Part shown: positions 60,947 to 64,000 of the stretch, piece after piece
How the letters are laid out: every line of letters begins with the position of its first letter
How positions within the stretch are numbered: the stretch's first letter is position 1
Assembly: GCA_044892525.1 (NCBI GenBank)
Contig: CM097887.1
Coordinates: 55,614,001-55,678,000 of the forward strand
DNA from: Schmidtea polychroa
Taxonomy: Eukaryota
DNA: 64,000 nt
Direction of reading: 5' to 3'
Position numbers and translations under genes: made by a program
The notes under the pieces: generated by a model
The model's input: the letters and a program-made list of their open reading frames with translations, nothing else
What the model was told of the DNA's origin: nothing
Database searches by the model: none

Positions 60947-61282
60947 CCCAGAATACAACATTGTTTTCCTCTTGGTACCCGTTGAGCAATCAACGTTGGT
61001 ACTGTACCAAGGGGTTGAGTGCTCGCAAAAAGTGAGCGCCTTAAGAGCACTATAATTGTCGAGCACTCTATGGGTTCACGGACGCCGATAGAAGGCACGT
61101 GTCCGATTTATTTCGGACCCCCATCGAGATTGTTTTCCCAAACGCCTCTCTGCCGACCGTCTGGTCCTGGACCATCACAAAGTTTGATCACATATGCATT
61201 AGACAACAAGAATCATTTATTTAATCACTGCTATATTACAAGGTATGTTTTACTCAGGAGGGGTTACACTCTCAAACGTTCC

Positions 61283-61792
61283 TCAGGATCGTGGAGTGAC
61301 TGCGGGCTCTTTCGATTTTTCTTGCTCGGCCAGCCAGGCCCTTTTCAATTTTCCCCGGGTATTCCGCCCTAGCCGTTTACGTTTCGGCTTGCTTGTCTGG
61401 GCTGGTGGGTATATCTTGGCTAGCTCCACCTGAAGAGGACGAATCAGCTCTTGGAGGGCGTCCTGGATGAATCTTTCATTCAGTTTGCTCTCGAGCGAGC
61501 GTACTTGTAGCTTCAACGCTCGGATTTCGAGTTGGTCCTGCTCCGCCTGGATCTGGAGCCGTGAGATGTGCGTTGTCCGTTTCTTCATCTCAGCCGGACT
61601 GAACCAAGTGCCTTCGAGTTCTCGGCACTTGATTTTGAGCTTCTCAACTCGACTTCGAAGGTCCTCGGATTGTTGCTGGGCCTGTTCGCGGTCTTTTCGT
61701 AGATTTTCAAGTAGCTTGTACACTGAAGGAAAACAATAATAAAATTTCGTCGCTCGTTTCCATGTGCATAAAGGTAATTCGATTATTTTCAT
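61283..61792 (-). CDS. Short-form WFSP coiled-coil ORF (ORF-B), intact, 169 aa
   Basis: ATG-started; CRELEGTWFSPAEMKKR; KPKRKRLGRN; AATAAA after the stop. Confidence 0.75.
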   Translation of the reverse strand: MKIIELPLCTWKRATKFYYCFPSVYKLLENLRKDREQAQQQSEDLRSRVEKLKIKCRELEGTWFSPAEMKKRTTHISRLQIQAEQDQLEIRALKLQVRSLESKLNERFIQDALQELIRPLQVELAKIYPPAQTSKPKRKRLGRNTRGKLKRAWLAEQEKSKEPAVTPRS

Positions 61793-62033
61793 AAAATTAG
61801 TACTGAAGAGTAGGGGGGGGGGTCATCCCGTCCCTGGAGACACCCCATACGCATTAAGACTTCTATATAATGGCTAAAAGTTGATTTATTATATTATGAA
61901 TACGCACGACCAAAAAGTTTTAATAATAAAAATCGCTACAGTTCGTCATAGTTGTTACAAAACAAAAAGTCAAACACCACATAGTATCACTAATTAGATC
62001 AAATAGTTCGCACGAATTGTTACTATCGATAAG

Positions 62034-62398
62034 TTAGGCCGGGTTCTTACGGGGCCTTCCCCGTTTTCGTGGAGGGGCATCTGTCTCCTCCAGCTCTTCA
62101 GGAGTTGCTCCCATTATTTCGCTTTGAGTTGGAGCTCGAGTCTCCTCAGCCGCTTCTGGGCCTCTACTACCTCGTCGGCCGCTCGATCGTGGGCTTCCCA
62201 TAACACGTTGTTGGTGGGCTCTACTTTTACCCACGCCGGGGCATCGGGCTCTGGGCCACTTCGGATGACCGGGCCGTAATTATCGAGGTCCAACCCCCGG
62301 TTCCAATCGTGTATCCGATACCAGATGTACCGGGTCCGGAGCCGCGTGATCATTTGATTGTAGGCTTCATCACCGTTTGAGTCGTCAGATTGAGACAT
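62034..62398 (-). pseudogene. ORF-A homolog with a frameshift near its 3' end
   Basis: 62114-62398 gives TRLRTRYIWYRIHDW...APAWVKVEPTNN; the tail PRKRGRPRKNPA is in another frame (62034-). Confidence 0.75.
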
Positions 62399-63403
62399 TT
62401 CTATAATGCAAATCTAATTTAGGTCATTTGGCACAGACTGATATGAGTCTTAAAGGGACTCGAACAACGGGGTTCATAATTAAAATCTTACATTCACAGT
62501 TAAAATTTTTGATAGTTGTATCTTAGTTATAAAGAAATTTAATGAAGAAAAGAAAAAAAAAACGACTGCAATTACAACCTGGATTTTCAAAATTATTTTA
62601 ACAAAAAAAAATTCAATAATCCTGAGTAAAGTTTTCGTAAATCTCATACTTTAACTAAATATATCTTAAATTTAATTAACTTTGTTTAATTCAATCTTTT
62701 AAATTTTCAAAATCTTGTTTACCACTAGCTGGTAATTCAAAATTTAATACTTCACTTTTTCTTTGAATTTAGGAAATCGGATCCTGTTAGTAATTTACCA
62801 CTAAATTCGGGTACACTGGGGCGATAAGTATCACTGACGAGCCTAGCTTCTCATTTTACTTACTTATCCCTCGGTTGTGCTCGTCATGAGTGGTGTAATC
62901 TCCTTTGATTAACTTGTAAGTACTTTATTTATCAATAATAACTTTTCGATTTTAGATATATTTGGTAGAAATCTTTCACTCGGACGGAATTTTATATGAC
63001 TCGGTGTTGGTATCTTTAGTTTGGTTTGTATCAAATTATGTTAGAAATTTTGTTGAATAATTTAATTTAATATTCCCTTTTGATAGCGCTTTTAATTTTA
63101 AGTAAAATGTACTTTTGTCATTTATCGATAATTCATGCAGTGGATTCCGTGGAGTTCAATAGTTGTTATCGGCTGTCTCAATGCATTCCTAGTGTTCTTG
63201 ATGAATTAGTTTAAGTCAACAATGTAGGTTTTACATGGCTTTTAATTTCTGGGGCCGCTAAGTTAATTAAGATGTATCCGTCACTGACAAGCTTGGGTTA
63301 AATTAACTTATTATATACGTATAGTTACCCACGTTTACACACATATCTATATAGATGTATCTACCCATGTTCTTATTTAATTAATAGTCCTAGCATTTTC
63401 TCC

Positions 63404-64000
63404 GAGGGGGGGTGTTACTAAAAATAGACTTTAGGAATTATGATCGTTCTTATTGGGGCAACAGGGTAGGTTCTAAATTTAGTTGTGAGGGGAAATCCTA
63501 AATCGATTATTCAATCAAAGTTGGATTNNNNNNNNNNNNNNNNNNNNNNNNNNNNNNNNNNNNNNNNNNNNNNNNNNNNNNNNNNNNNNNNNNNNNNNNN
63601 NNNNNNNNNNNNNNNNNNNNNNNNNNNNNNNNNNNNNNNNNNNNNNNNNNNNNNNNNNNNNNNNNNNNNNNNNNNNNNNNNNNNNNNNNNNNNNNNNNNN
63701 NNNNNNNNNNNNNNNNNNNNNNNNNNNNNNNNNNNNNNNAGTGATAATACTGACAGTAATAATAATAACAATAATGATAATACTAATACGAATTATATTT
63801 CTTAGTTTAATTTGTATGCATTTAGAATTTATAATTTAACGAAAATTTATATTTCATATCCTTGGCATAGGATCATATCTCTGAAGGTGACTGATATTAG
63901 ACTTTACAAATTGGGCAGGTTACGTTCGGAACCTGGGTAGTTAATATGACTTCTAATTAATATTTTAGGTATGGTTCATGAATTATGTTTCTATACTTTA
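63404..64000 (+). repeat. Candidate PPT (GAGGGGGGG) followed by a possible LTR start TGTTACT at 63413, running into an N gap
   Basis: Purine run directly abutting TGTT; partner LTR not in the window. Confidence 0.4.

Noticed and set aside
63485-63805. ORFs spanning N runs (also 4376-4828 in part)
   Set aside because: Open only because Ns translate as X.
1-64000. CRISPR arrays, rRNA or tRNA genes
   Set aside because: No regular repeat-spacer array or cloverleaf/rRNA sequence seen; tRNA similarity is limited to the two PBS sites.

Overview
This is AT-rich, intron-containing animal genomic DNA with three N gaps. Frequent TTTCAG splice acceptors suggest a nematode, but this is not proven. Recognisable host genes, all on the minus strand, are ATF6 (~3.5-6.8 kb), TMEM135 (~25.1-29.4 kb) and TMEM216 (44.9-45.3 kb, with an X-box-like site upstream); there is also an unidentified exon cluster at ~53.6-54.9 kb. 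Most of the rest is retroelement and DNA-transposon debris. The main feature is a complete, young 14.9-kb Ty3/Gypsy element at 8972-23897, with 1086-bp LTRs differing at about 4 sites, a TCTC target-site duplication, a tRNA-Trp PBS and a PPT. Its coding region can be repaired into one ~3,350-aa polyprotein ordered Gag (4 zinc knuckles) - linker - chuvirus-like class III fusion glycoprotein - PR - RT - RNase H - IN - second signal-peptide/TM protein. It is followed by an accessory ORF carrying a REX4/ISG20-like exonuclease domain with apparently lost catalytic residues, and a small orphan ORF. An envelope gene placed in frame between gag and protease is not the usual env position. The window also holds a truncated relative of this element (57.5-60.9 kb), eight diverged copies of a small coiled-coil 'WFSP' ORF, and a conserved non-coding motif with covarying stems. 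All protein identifications are by eye from remembered family motifs; no searches were run.
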